DNA of 64,000 nucleotides, taken from contig NC_068990.1 of the NCBI RefSeq assembly GCF_001194135.2, positions 27,976,348 to 28,040,347 of the forward strand, written 5' to 3'. The position numbers were made by a program, and so were the translations under genes. Below, piece after piece: positions 27,686 through 42,106 of the stretch (positions are counted from its first letter, which is position 1; each line of letters opens with the position of its first letter). The notes under the pieces are model-generated. The model did no database searches and had not been told where the DNA came from. It saw nothing but the letters and a program-made list of their open reading frames with translations. Origin of the DNA: Octopus bimaculoides (Eukaryota).

Positions 27686-28750
27686 GCTCTCTCTTCCCTC
27701 AAGTATAGTGACAAGTGATTCGGTGTTGTCACTTCAAAGAGACTATTAAAGTAGCTGATGGCGATGTACTGGGCACAGTTTCATTTTGTAGCAAACTAAT
27801 AAATAGACTAAATTTGTATTCCACTCAGTGAAAGCAAAAGCTTCTCCTAACATCTGACTTCGTCTTCTCTACACATACACGGATTACACGGATTTTGATG
27901 CGACAAGGAGCTATGTCAAGCTGTCATTAAAAAGATAACAACTACCAATATGTTGAGCGCCACTTTGTTCCGTTGGTATCATACCTAAATACTGAGTGGA
28001 CTGTATATAAAACAATAGACAGAAGAATACGGACAGGAGAATAGAGCAATTATAGCAATTATACAGCATACCTATTCCTTTATAGATATACATAAGGGTT
28101 AAAACATAAACATATCATGAATTGTAATGCTAATAAAACCATGGAGTGGTTTATATATATATATTTTTTTCTGGTTTCGAATATCTGGCGTTCTTGTTAT
28201 CTTTCATTCTTTTATTGTTTGTTTGTTCCTGTCTGGGTTATGAAAGGTTTTTGTATATATTGTTGTTGGTCGTAATTATTCATACCGGTATGTAATTCTT
28301 GACGAAGAATCTAATTTTTATTTCATGAAGAGTTTTTCGTTTTTGTCTTTGGAATTAATTAGATTCCGAAACGATTTGTAGAATATATATTTGTTCTGTA
28401 CCAACTTGGATTGTGAATTAAAGATCGTCTACACTTACAATGTTTTCTTTCCTTATACTTCAATTATTGATTTTGCAAATACTGAATATATATATTCTTT
28501 ACTTGGACTGTATCGGCGGACTTGGATATTTGACATCCCGTTGAAGGATTCCGGTCCACACCACATTTATAAATATACATATATATATATTAGAGTAGAA
28601 AAGGACAACTAAACCAAAGCAGAACGAGTATCGCAAGTCATTTAGAATATTTAATTAGAGTAAGGTGGATTTGAAATAATTACTTTAATAGTTAATTAAT
28701 TAACCAATCAATTAATTAATTAATTAATGGACGTCTTACAAATGTTTCAG

Positions 28751-28811
28751 GGATATCTCAAGTGATAGGGTAGCATCTCCACACACTGGGTATTCAGTCA
28801 TCAGAGAAAAG
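28751..28811 (+). CDS. Candidate 61-nt internal exon of unknown gene
   Basis: aatgtttcag|GGAT...GAAAAG|gtgagt; only one frame is open (DISSDRVASPHTGYSVIREK); located in unique sequence. Confidence 0.3.
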
Positions 28812-28925
28812 GTGAGTATGTACGACAGTTCTAGACAGAGAATTCACAGTGTATAAAGGAATAAAATAGTAGAAAGCAGAATAAAGAGTAAAACAGTAGA
28901 TAGAAGAATACAGAAAGAAGAAAGC

Positions 28926-28965
<40 letters not shown>

Positions 28966-29859
28966 GTGTGTATATATGTATCTGTGTATGTTGGTGGTGT
29001 GTATGTATGTATGTATGTATGTATGTATGCTAACTATCTTGCAGCATATAACACAAATTCCTAATGGCTTGCTAGCGGTTATTAAGGGCAATGGAGTCAA
29101 ATGTGAACCATTTATTAATAATATATGAAGTATGACAGAATGTCTTATCACCAAACATTTCCAGTGTCGTATTTCTTGCCAGGTCGCAAAGAGATTTCTA
29201 AAGCAATTCTCTGTCAACAAACTGTAGCTTCAAAGACGTTAGCAAATCATAAAATATTCCTGTATTGCAATCGAACGCCAGAAGTAAAACATCTGAATAT
29301 CTGTAACAGCTGCTTGTCTCCACCACTCACACAAATCATTTGTTAAGTATCTACCAGAAGAATTACTTGATCTAAAAAAACGTGCTGTACTTTATTTAAG
29401 CTTTTTTAGTGACTTGTTACGCTGTAGTTTCCACGGAGTGCTGTCATGCTTTCAAAAACCACTGCAGAACATATGGATGGTCATCTGAAATCCATTTTTC
29501 AAGATGTCTTTTGATAATTCTTGAGGAAGTGGTTATATTAAAAATTAAGCTTGATATCACTGCAACTGATATTCAACATCAGAATGATATTTTTCTCCAT
29601 GTTTAGCACATATATGACTGAAGTTATTTCCTCTTCAATTACCGTTTTACTTGTTCGATTATGCTACATCGACAATATCCATTATATCATACTATAGTTT
29701 TATTCAGAATGGTGTGAGTTAAGAGAGATTTGACAGCTCTTTCAATTAGATCAAATGACGTAGAAACTATCTACTCAGGTCGGTAAGGTGTTTGCCTATA
29801 TCTGTCTAAGTCATTAACTAATATTTCAAGGCCCTCTTTTTGTTTATCGCTTACCGTTA

Positions 29860-30132
29860 CCTTGTTTCAATCATTAGATTGCGGCCAAGTTGGGGCACCA
29901 TTTTGAAGAAATTTGATCGAACGAATCGACTCCTGTACTTACTTTTCGTTTAAAGCCCGGTACTTATTTTATAGCAGTTTCTCTTGCCGAACCGCTACCT
30001 TACGGGAACGTAAACACACCAAAACCGATATCAAGTGCTGTGGCAGACAAATATAGACATAAATACACGCACACACACACACGCACACACATATATATAT
30101 ATATATATATACATACATAACATAATAAATAC

Positions 30133-30171
<39 letters not shown>

Positions 30172-30345
30172 NNNNNNNNNNNNNNNNNNNNNNNNNNNNN
30201 NNNNNNNNNNNNNNNNNNNNNNNNNNNTATATATACGTCTGGCTTCTTTCAGTTTCCCTCCTTCAAATCCACTCACAAGACATATAGTAGAAAACACTTG
30301 CCCAAGGTGCCACGCAGTAAGACTGAACTCAGAACCATGTGGTTT
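29860..30345 (-). mobile_element. Family B SINE spanning a (TA)n/N gap
   Basis: Tail 'tttcaatcattagattgcggcc', body 'cttctttcagtttcc', head 'cacttgcccaaggtgccacgcag..gactgaac'. Confidence 0.8.
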
Positions 30346-31923
30346 ATGTTAATATTGTCCATGGTACGAATGAAGCAATAATGATGGCAGGAATGATGAT
30401 GAAAATAATAGAGATCATGACCTTCCTTATAATGGTTTATAAGAATCTTTTCATAATATTCTTGAAGGTCAGAGTCAATTATTCTTTAGATTTCTCGAAA
30501 ATATTTATTAAATTCCTTATTGATATTTTGTATTTGTCTAATATTTATGTCTTGTAGAATTTTCTACATAAGACTTTTGGTAACAGAAATTGAGAGATGA
30601 GAATTCTGCATATTTAAGAGAAGAATCAGTTGAATATGCTTTAGGGAAATATAAAAAGAGATAGAAGATGAGAGAGAATACTTTTTCGACATCATTATTC
30701 ATAAATGAATGACACACTCTTATGCAAGTGGCAATTTATATGATAAATCACGTTCTGAAAAGAAACCTTGCGAAGGAGAAACAATTACAGTTTAAAAGAG
30801 AAACTATATTATCAACAGGTGCTAACTATTGAAATGGAATATCTGACAAGTTAGATACTCCCCAGTTGCCAGTGCATAAAATATTCTTGCTATTATCTTA
30901 ATAATAAGTGGTCAAATAATATTTGTTTTTTTAACAATAGATGCACGCTAATTATAAGGTAAAGAAATTATCATTTGCATAATGAATAGCAAGGAACGAA
31001 AATAATGTAGTAAGATAAAATATTTTATGATATTTACATGTACAAAATGACCAACTTTAAATCACGCTACTTCTTTGCACTTTGCTATTATTTAATGAGT
31101 GAGGGTGCAGTGCCCATGACTTTTGAAAGGGATTTAAATCTAATAGAACGGTTGTCTACAATACGACACTGAGAAAGGAAAAAGAACAATGAGGAAGCGA
31201 ATAAAAGTAGAGGATACAATTTCATAAATGAAAAAGTGAGGTAGACCTTAAAGAGATACGAAATGTGGATAGAGGTGGTGAGTTGACTGGATATAAAACT
31301 ATATCTTTTTATTGAAGTTTGACAAAGCATGAAATGAAAATAGCGCATCGTGATTTTGCTGAGCAGTGAAAATGTGTCCTTTTGGAGATTGTGTGTGACA
31401 TTTGTTTGTTTAGAAAAGAAATGCTCTGTCATATACCTTAACTGTAACTCAATGTGACTCTTATGTTAAAACCTATGTGGCTCTTAATGCCACTAGAGTG
31501 TAGTTAATACTGATTCTGCAATCCCATTACGGAAGGTAATTGCTGTATTGAAATATTCGTTCGTGAACAATAATATTAACCACCACCCTTGACTTAAGTT
31601 TGATAGAAAATTAATCTCTATGAATTAAATAATAAATCTCATTAGTATCTACTCGATTCCTCTTTATGCCGCCCCCACACGTAGGCAACGTTCAAGATAT
31701 TTTCATTTTACTTGAAGCAGTTGTGAATACAGGATCTACTTGATTCTTAAGTGATACAATACTTCCTTATTTCCAGATTTTATCAGTCATGCCATATGAC
31801 ATTCGTACTGAATACTTTCCCATATGGCAGACATAGATTTAAAAAAAAATTTTTCCAAGAAAGTCTTTGATTATATTGCTGTTCAATATTGATATAGGCC
31901 ATTGAATGTATGTAAACAGGAAT

Positions 31924-32134
31924 TTTTTTTCTACTCTAGGCACAAGGGCCAAACTTTTGGGGATGGGGACAGCCGATTAGATCGACCCCAGCAAGCAACT
32001 GGTACTTAATTTATCAACTCCGAAAGGATGAAAGGTAAAATCGACCTCGGCGGAATTTGAACTCAGAATGTAAAGACACGAAATACCGCTAAGCATTTCG
32101 CCCGGTGTGCTAACGTTTCTGCTAGCTCACCGCT
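31924..32134 (-). mobile_element. Family A SINE, near full length
   Basis: 'tttctactctaggcacaagg...tcgacctcggcggaatttgaactcag...ctcaccgc'. Confidence 0.9.
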
Positions 32135-32924
32135 TTATGTCACCAGAAATATTGTTGTTGAATCTACTTGAGTCTCACTGCTTGAGTCTGATTCACTTTT
32201 ATCCAGTGTTCTACGCTGAGTGATAAACTTCTTTGTCTTCGAGTCCTTTTTTCTTATCATTTAGACACGTGTGGAACTCGTGTGAATTTTAAGATAGCCA
32301 GAAATGATTTTGTTAACTGACAGATCCAATTCAGTGTTTCTGGTCTGTACCATTCCATTGGATATCTTATTTTTTGAAGAAGCAGCATTTTCATGCATGT
32401 TCAGCTGAATCTTGCTGATTCTGTTAGACATGTCAAAATCAGTTGTAATCCTTTCCAACGCAAACAATCGAGGAGACCTCCACTTCCTGTCAATTTTCAA
32501 ATATTCTTAGACTTGCCATTGCACAAATGCCATGCTCAGCTCTTGTTTTTATCACAACTTGTGCATCAAAACATGATATATTGTGTATCTATCGTAAGCA
32601 GGTTTAGAAGTTACTTTACCGTACCGATTCTAACTAGTCTCATCTCTTGAGAGCAATATTTTGTGCGTCGGTTTGATAACGGCTGCAGGGAATTCCTATT
32701 AAAACTTCCCAATGAATGTTGTCTTGTGGCCTGGATTATTCGTGAGTTTCATTTAAGTGCGCTTGTCCTTAACAAATCATTAAGGTAGAGAAGAGTGGTA
32801 TATTCTCACAAAATAGGAGAATTTAACCCCTTAAAGTCTTACACTAGTGATACAACTGCTTTACAAACAGACAGGCTGGTCATTTAAACTCACTTTCCAC
32901 TCAAACGTAAGTTTTTTTGTGTAT

Positions 32925-33045
32925 GTTCATACATACATACATACATACATACATAGATACATACATGCATACATGCATATATGCATACATACATACATAC
33001 ATACATGCATACATACATGCATACATACATACATAGAATACATGC
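32925..33045. repeat. (ATAC)n microsatellite
   Basis: Directly visible. Confidence 0.9.
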
Positions 33046-34043
33046 ATAAAACATACAAATCTGCACATACTTACATATGTACAAACAAAAAATACCCTGT
33101 TGTTGATATTGAAATTCCAATGAAGAAGCCATGGATCTAGGTTAGAAACCGGTTCTTTATCTATTGGCATGAAATTTTGAAATAGACTGAATAATGACAT
33201 ACATACACACACATACATATAAGAGATAACTTAAAGATTGTGCCTCCTAGATCGCTTGCAAAATCATTCTTGTAATGTTTTAACTTCTTTAATAAACTAT
33301 ATTTTTAAATATTAATATATGTGAAAATGGCTTACAAACATTTTGGTTAAAACCTTCTATTCATTCTCCAAGACAGAAAAGTGATATGCAATAAATTATC
33401 CTCGAACCATTTACCATATTAGTCTTACAATGAAACAATTCATCCACGCGCTAATATTCACTATCAAAAATATATATAAAAACAAGCAAAAAAAAACTTT
33501 TACTTGATATTTCGATGTTATAATTTTTGTTCAGCAATCCAATGCAATTTTTGTGATTTTGCCAATCTTGTAATCTTATTCAGAAATTGCTAGTCAGGAA
33601 TTTTGAATGAGCCTGCATCTTAATCTCTTTCGAATTTGGTTTAGAATACTGGAGGGTTAGATTCAGTAACATATAAATGAATGTATTAGAGAATTATGTA
33701 AGACTACTTACCTACGTATTGGTGAGCCACCGCTATTAATCCTACCATTTGCTTGTAACTGGATTACGCATTGAATTCCTTTAAACAGAAGTGAGAATTT
33801 TATGCACTGGAATATATTATTGTCTGAACCGGCATTGTTAAATACTTACGCTTTGTTACAAGAAAAAAAACATGTCTTTCATACGTTGTTTTATTATAAN
33901 NNNNNNNNNNNNNNNNNNNNNNNNNNNNNNNNNNNNNNNNNNNNNNNNNNNNNNNNNNNNNNNNNNNNNNNNNNNNNNNNNNNGTATGTATGTAAGTATG
34001 TATGTATGTATATCTATATATGTATCTATCTAACTCTCTATCT

Positions 34044-34103
<60 letters not shown>

Positions 34104-34289
34104 TTATGCATATACATTTATACAAACACTGATACACATATCTTTGTATATATATACGTGAGTATATTCATATACATGTCTGTGCGTGTAAGCAAATATA
34201 TGATACATATAAGTGTGTATTGTATGTGTGTCGCTATGGGTTTGTTTACGTCCCTTGACTTAGTGAAAAAATGTATCGAGCTTAAAAAT

Positions 34290-34700
34290 TAGTAGTGGCG
34301 ACAATCAAGCCGACTAAAAATCTTCAATACAACGACCCAATATGGCTGCACACTAATATCTGAAATAAATGAGTGATACAAACTGAATGATATATATATG
34401 TAAGCCTAATACTTATTCTATCGGTCTGTTTTGCGGAAACGCTAGGTTATGGGGATGTAAGCACATCAGCATCGGCTGTCAAGCGATGTTGAAGGGACAA
34501 GCACGGACACACAAACATATATACACACATATATATATATACATATATACGACGGGATTTCAGTTTCCATCTACCTAAATCCACCCACAAGTCTTTGGTT
34601 GGCCCAAGGCTATAGTAGAAAACACTTGCCCAAAGTGACGCGCAGTTAGGCTGAACCTGGAACAATGTGGTTGGTAAGCAAGCTACTTACCGCAGTGCCA
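34290..34700 (-). mobile_element. Family B SINE
   Basis: 'cagtttccatctacctaaatccac...aacacttgcccaaag...gtggttggtaagcaagctacttacc'. Confidence 0.85.
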
Positions 34701-35899
34701 CTCATGTACATATATATACTTACCACACACCCACTCCTGCGCCTATCCACACAGGCACTCCTGCTCCTATTTATACATACATACAAACATACATATATGA
34801 AAGTTTGATAAAGACAAGATACTATATCTCAGTTCATATGTACCTATCATTCATCAGTGCTGTACCACCCGCTTTTACTACACATATTTATGTTACTGCT
34901 TTTATCGCTTCGCCTAATAGTATATTTCGTCTATTATACCTCTGAGTATCATAACCATTTGATGTCATCATTTATTCAACAACGGAAATAGATATAGCTT
35001 AATCAATGCACTGGCCATCATCGTTTTTGCATGTTAACTTTATACATTCATTGTACTGTATTGTATTTATGCTACTCCGCTCTATGGTGATTCATTAATA
35101 GCATAAATATGAAGATATCACAGCAAATCACATTGCTGCATTTCAATATATCTGAAAAGGTCTTGCTGACAGAGGCAAATTAAGATGGATGTGTGCTGCT
35201 CATAAGGAAGAAAATATAACTAAACTCTGTTGTATATTCTTCGAACTTGAGTTAATTTTATACCCCAATCTAAATTCTATTCATGTATTTTGACATAATT
35301 CATTACCATCATTCACTTATCTTAAATGTACATGATCTTTTCACGTCGATACAGAAATTGCTGCTGCATTCTCCTTAACAAAATATTCCACGCCATCTTA
35401 AACACCAATGGTATGACTACTCAGGCAACAGGTGTTGTCCAAGGAAAAGCCAGCAGTCGAAGCATAGAATCAACAATGATGAAAGAGCATCAACGCTGGT
35501 AAGATCATAAAGATAGCAGGAAATAACTTTGAATGAACATCCGAGGAAAGACGACAAGAACGTCAATTCCGCTGTGACAAGACCACCGAAAAAAAAAATC
35601 AATCTTCAGAATAGATTGAATTGATTGAAATAGAAAAAATACGTGGAAAGTGCTCCTACGTCGCAACATTCTATTACCGCCTGGTATTCTTTGAAGTTAA
35701 ACGAAGCAAAAACTCAAAGAAAAACGAAAATTATGTAAAATGCAGCAACAACTATGACCTCCGCTATTTTCCTTTTTCCGCCATTCTCCTCGCTATTTTA
35801 CACAAGAATTGCCCTAAGGCACCTTACACTTTGTGATCATCTATATAAAGTAAATTACATACCCCCTTTTAGTTAGGGTCAAACGAATAGACATTTCTA

Positions 35900-36417
35900 A
35901 TTTCCCATAGTATCTTTGTATTTCTTTTCTTTCGTATTTACTTTTCTTTGATGTCTGTTGCATTTTACAAGTTCTCATAAACAACTTACTTCTCCGTAGT
36001 TACGAAACTCGTTGCTTTAAATATCTCACCAAATATTCCTTACTCTTTCATTATTTGGTATTTCCTTCTCTTGTTGATCATTCTCACTGTTCGTGAGATG
36101 GTAAAATTTCCACTCGTCTTTTACGAACAACCCATTCTTTATCGGTATCTAGTATTTCACCCGGACTTGTTTTAACTTTTAATCTGCTTAGGGAGTTTGT
36201 AACCCTTTTTTTCACTGATGTCATTCAATCTTTAATGTCTTTCATTCGTATCCTTCTTTTCATTGGAGGCAATTATCGTAGCAAGACCTTCATAAACTTC
36301 TTAAATTCTCTCTGACGTTTGCTTTCCTGCAAAGGAGCTTTGACCCTTGTCTTTTTGCCAATATTTCCAATACCTTTACAGCAGACGTTGCAGGGCATAT
36401 GGGGATATATGTAAACT

Positions 36418-36464
<47 letters not shown>

Positions 36465-36830
36465 TAAATATATATATATACATGTACACATATGCATATA
36501 TACACCTATATATATATAGGCATACGCGCACACACACATACACATACATATATATATACATATAGGAGGTGTCAATTACATCCTATATTCCTGTCGTTGA
36601 TTATCGCTAATTCCTTTTTCTTGGAGTCTTCTGATCGCTGTGCTTTTTCATTTAAATTTCTTCTCAAAGCTTTCAACTTCGTTTCAACCTTAATTCCTTC
36701 TCTCATCTATACCTTGATATAAACTTCTGTCATACTTTCTACACCTTGTTCAATATTCTCTCCCCTGTAAGCGTATTCATGTCGCACAACTCACATTTCT
36801 ACCTCTAACTTAGATCGTCGTTGTTTTTCT
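35900..36830 (-). mobile_element. Highly decayed LINE AP-endonuclease region, probably RTE clade, split by (TA)n
   Basis: Minus-strand remnants resembling WNVxTLTGR.EVVE.M (about 36780) and YAP (about 36400), plus ..NE.....E..C..LV near 36000; many stops. Confidence 0.45.
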
Positions 36831-37619
36831 CTCTTTTGGGTTGGAAGCGCTGCCACCCAAGGCTAGAATACTACAGTTACTGCCATAAACCACACTTAAC
36901 TCAGTCAGATATATTACACCCCGATGTAGGGATTCGCTTCTGTCCTTTCCGGCTTCTGCACTTTTTTTTATCTCTCACTTGTTTCAGTCAGTCGACTATG
37001 GTCATTATCGGGCATCGTCTATGAGGTTGGTAGTCGAAAAAATCAACCCCGGTTCTATTTTTTTGTTTCAAAGTCTTGTATTTATTCCATTGGTCACTTT
37101 TACCGACAAGACCAAGGAATGTCAAATTCACGTGAGCTGGTGTTTTCGGCGCAGGAGTTGATCGGGAGTTATCTCCCCGCTAGCGATATATAAAGAAGCG
37201 TGCATTTTGCACGAGAAAGCTTCTATGAGAGATCCTCTCATGGTATCTACACATTTAAGTGGTAATAAGTATTATTTCTCGGAATTAATAGTGCTTTTGT
37301 CGTTTATACATGCTTGTTAACAAGCTCAATGGCTGATCCCCACACCAGTACTTGTTGAGGCACGAATTTTTTGTATATCGTTAGTGGAGAGACAAATCGC
37401 TGCTATTTCAATCTATCGAGTGCTCATCAGCGATGAGACCAAGGAGGATCGTTGTAACGTGAAGTGGTGGTCTCAGTGCTTTGGATCGCGGGGAATTAGC
37501 TCTCCCCTAGTAATAAAAAGAAGTGTATTCTGCACCAAAAAAGACTATATAAGATTGTTCACACATGGTATCTACCGCAGTAAAATGTCTTCTTACAGAA
37601 CCTCCGCCCGTTTAGTGGG

Positions 37620-38024
37620 AATAAATATTCTTTTCTACACTAGGCGCAAGGCCCGACATTTTGGGGGAAGTGGTCAGTGAATTAGATCGAGCCCAGTACG
37701 CAAATGGTAATTAATTTTCAAGCCCGAGAGGATGAATAGCAAAGTCGACCTTGACAGAATTTGAACTCAGAACGTAAAGACGGACAAAATACCACTAAGC
37801 ATTTCGTCCGGCATTCTGACGTTTCTGATTTCTTTATTGCCCACAAGGGGCTAAACATAGAGGGGACAAACAAGGACAGACAAAGGGATTAAGTCGATTA
37901 CATCGACCCAAGTGCGTAACTGGTACTTAATTTATCGACCCCGTAGGGGAATTTGAACTCAGAACGTAAAGACGGACAAAATACCACTAAGCATTTCGTC
38001 CGGCATTCTGACGTTTCTGATTTC
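37620..38024 (-). mobile_element. Family A SINE copy plus a second, deleted variant
   Basis: Family A tail, core and head; 76-bp exact duplicate beside the N gap. Confidence 0.75.
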
Positions 38025-38173
38025 NNNNNNNNNNNNNNNNNNNNNNNNNNNNNNNNNNNNNNNNNNNNNNNNNNNNNNNNNNNNNNNNNNNNNNNNNNNN
38101 NNNNNNNNNNNNNNNNNNNNNNNNNNNNNNNNNNNNNNNNNNNNNNNNNNNNNNNNNNNNNNNNNNNNNNNNN

Positions 38174-38194
<21 letters not shown>

Positions 38195-38205
<11 letters not shown>

Positions 38206-38630
38206 ATTCTTACTCTTCGGCCCGTTGATGCATTTGAGCCTCAAATCAGGCACTCAGTGATCACCAGTCATCTCCGTCTCTGGCCAACCGGTATACTTCT
38301 TCTTTGGCCAGCCTCTTTTCCTCTTACCTTCTAGTGGCATGTAGCCTATGGCTGTTTTGGGCAAGCCTCTCCTCTGGCAGTCTTAGTATGTGTCCAGCCA
38401 TTCTCATTCGTCGTTCAGTTACAATTGCATGCAGGGGCCTTACTCTTGCTGCTTGAAGAATGGTTCCATTTGCCACTTTGTCTCGATAAGTGATTCTTAG
38501 GATCCTTCTGAGGCACCGCTGATGAAATACGTTGAGTTGGTAGGCGATCTTTGCTGTCATCTTCCAGGTCTCAGCTGCATAGATCGCTATTGACGGTAAT
38601 GTTGTATTGTGCGTTAGGGATTTCATAAGA
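38195..38630 (-). mobile_element. RTE-clade LINE 3' end
   Basis: PSIAIYAAETWKMTAKIAYQLNVFHQRCLRRILRITYRDKVANGTIL...IVTERRMRMAGHILRLPEERL...GKRGWPK is the typical RTE post-RT region; runs into a (GA)n tract. Confidence 0.85.
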
Positions 38631-38880
38631 TAAAATACAGGCCAATTGCTAAGGGTTATGATATCGACTAATCCCTTCCTTCAAATTCGTCTGTCTTTTG
38701 CCTAAACCAGAAAAATATGCTATGACTAGTATTTGAGGTAGTATAGGAGGAAGTATGTGGTGGTGGAGTGTAGCAGTAGCTGCATGTTGATGCCGTTGAT
38801 ATAAATGGTGTGCGATTGTATACACATGCATGTGCGTGAGCGCTAATATGTGCGTGTGTGTATGCGTGTGTGTGTGTGTG

Positions 38881-39573
<693 letters not shown>

Positions 39574-39862
39574 TTAAAAAAAAGCGAAGAAAAAATATAC
39601 TTCTGAAATAATAAAAAGTAGTATACCTCATCGTAATCCATTATATACTTTAGATGTATGAAAACCTTGAAATGTTCTTTCCCGAATAATGCCACGTCAT
39701 CATTGAATTATTGTTAAAATTATAAGTAACAATCCAAAAAATACGAGGGAATTTTCATAGTTATGAAATCAAGAAGAGTCCTGTTGTTAAAAATAAAGCT
39801 CTTATAGAACCTGTTAATGGTCAGGGTCTAAATTCAACTAAATGGAAGGGGTTTCGAGTCAT
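39574..39862 (-). pseudogene. cox3: NUMT: 5' part of mitochondrial cox3
   Basis: [94 protein letters not shown]; frameshift near 39780. Confidence 0.95.
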
Positions 39863-39957
39863 AAAAATTAATAATTTTGAGTTGTTGACAAAAATTGGAA
39901 ATATTTGTATGTATGATCAAAAATAGGCGCATTTTTGTCAAAAGAAAGAACACATTT

Positions 39958-40655
39958 ACATACAACCAATCAGAGCTCCACTATCAAACTAATTCATGAG
40001 CACATAACGTGATGGGAAAGGATCGTAAGATTGTGGTTTCGATTCCCGAATACGAAATTTTTCCCACATGAGTTCCGGACCCCAGTTATGAATATATGTT
40101 TTGGCACGTGAGTTCCGGACCCCGGTTATGAAATTTTTCGCACGTGAGTTCCGGACCCCAGTTATAAATTTTTTTCCCACGTGAGTTCCGGACCCCAGTT
40201 ATGAATTTTATTTCGCGAGTTCCAGACCCCGGTTATGAATTTTTTCCCACATGACTTCCGGACCCCATTTATGGAATTTGTCCCACGTGAGTTCCGGACC
40301 CCATTTACGAAATCTTTTTCCACGTGAGTTCCGGACACCAGTTATGAATTTTTCGCACGTGAGTTCCGGACACCAGTTATGAAATTTTCCCACGTGAGTT
40401 CTGGACCCCAGTTATGAAATTATTTCCCGTGATTTCCGTACCCCAGTTATGAAATGTTTTTCCCACGTGAGTTCCGGACCCCAGTTATGAACACATTTGC
40501 ATACAGCCAATCAGAGCTCAACTATCAAACTAATTCATGAGCACATAACGTGATGGGTGATAATATAAGGTCACTTGGGTAAGGATCGTAAGATTGTGCT
40601 TTCGATTCCAGGATGCGAAAAAAAATTTCCCACGTGAGTTCCGGACCCCATTTAT
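39958..40655. repeat. About 35-bp minisatellite (12+1 units of cccacgtgagttccggaccccagttatgaa) with a duplicated flanking block
   Basis: Units at 40063-40490 and 40628; block 'catac(a)accaatcagagctc.actatcaaactaattcatgagcacataacgtgatggg' at about 39958 and 40500. Confidence 0.9.
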
Positions 40656-40719
40656 TAAAATTTTGTGTGTGTGTGTGTGCATGTTTGCATGTATGCATGT
40701 ATTATTAGCTGGTGTGAAC

Positions 40720-41035
40720 ACGCATAACTTAGTGATTGTTGTATTCCGCTCACGGTTGTGAGTTCGATTCTTGGCGGCGTGTGTTGTCCTTGAGCAAGAC
40801 ACTTTATTTCAACGTTGCGGCAATTCACTCGGCTATCAAATATGAGTTGTACCTGTATCTCAAAGAGCCGGCTTTGTTACACTACATGTCGGGTTGAATC
40901 TCCGTGAGAACTACGTCAAGGGTACGTGTGTCTGCCGAGTGGTCAACCACTTACACATTAATCTAACGAACAGGCTGATCTGCTGATCGGATCACCTGGA
41001 ACAATTGCCGTCGCAAACGGCGGAGATCCAGTTTT
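40720..41035 (+). mobile_element. Family C SINE, degenerate
   Basis: 'gtgagttcgattc...gtgttgtccttgagcaagacactttatttcaacgttgc...gatcggatcacctggaac'. Confidence 0.7.
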
Positions 41036-41437
41036 ATTAGCTTGTGTGTGAATTTTTGTCTTGATAATTGATAATTTTCTCTTGATAATTTCTACTCGAT
41101 TAATGCGGTGGATTTATCGCAAATCCGCGCAAATTCAATCCGTATTAATTTCCACAGTTATGTAAGAAACGATATTATTAAATACCGAAACTGCATTAAC
41201 AAAGTTTAAACAATTAAGTTACTGACATGCAAAGATAATAAATAGGATTATCGAGTAATGTCTTAATGATTGATTCCTCTCCGTTGCTTCATAAGGCTTC
41301 AACATTTGCATCTTTTACTTGCTACCCTAAATGGACTTCGGCAATGCTGGGGCACCGCTTTCAAAGAGGTTTTTCAAAGAAATTGACCCCAGTATTTGTG
41401 AAGGCAGGTACTTATGTTACACGACACTCGCGCGTAT

Positions 41438-41498
<61 letters not shown>

Positions 41499-41592
41499 CA
41501 GACATACGCACATATATATAGCACTTCAGCGATATATATGTACATATATATATATATATACACAAATTTATTCATTCGTTCTTATTAAGCCT

Positions 41593-41633
<41 letters not shown>

Positions 41634-41996
41634 TTGTGTGTGTGTGTGTAAGTGTGTGTGTGTGTGTGTGCGTGTACGTATATATATTTACTTTAATTAC
41701 TTTACTCCCTCCTTTTATCACTTCCCATATTTCGTTTATATTAAGGATAGTCAAGTCCTTAAATTTTTTTCTAGCCCCTTAAGTGATGTCAAGCAACATA
41801 CCTTTATTTCTACCAACCAACCATTTGTTTTCCATGTGTGTCTTTCGTTGTTCCAAGTACTCGTCCTTCCTATTTTTGTTGTTGTACAGGTTTCATGTCG
41901 TCCTGTGCCCACGTATGCTTATATATAGACTTACAGATGTATGTATGTACATATATGTATGTATATATGCATATATATATATATATATATTATTTA

Positions 41997-42106
<110 letters not shown>

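Noticed and set aside
37757-38024. Exact 76-bp duplication (37757-37832 and 37949-38024)
   Set aside because: Identical copy ends at an N gap; likely an assembly or haplotype artefact.
40060-40500. CRISPR-like array
   Set aside because: Eukaryotic context, linkers only about 5-12 nt and mutually similar, no cas genes; it is a minisatellite.
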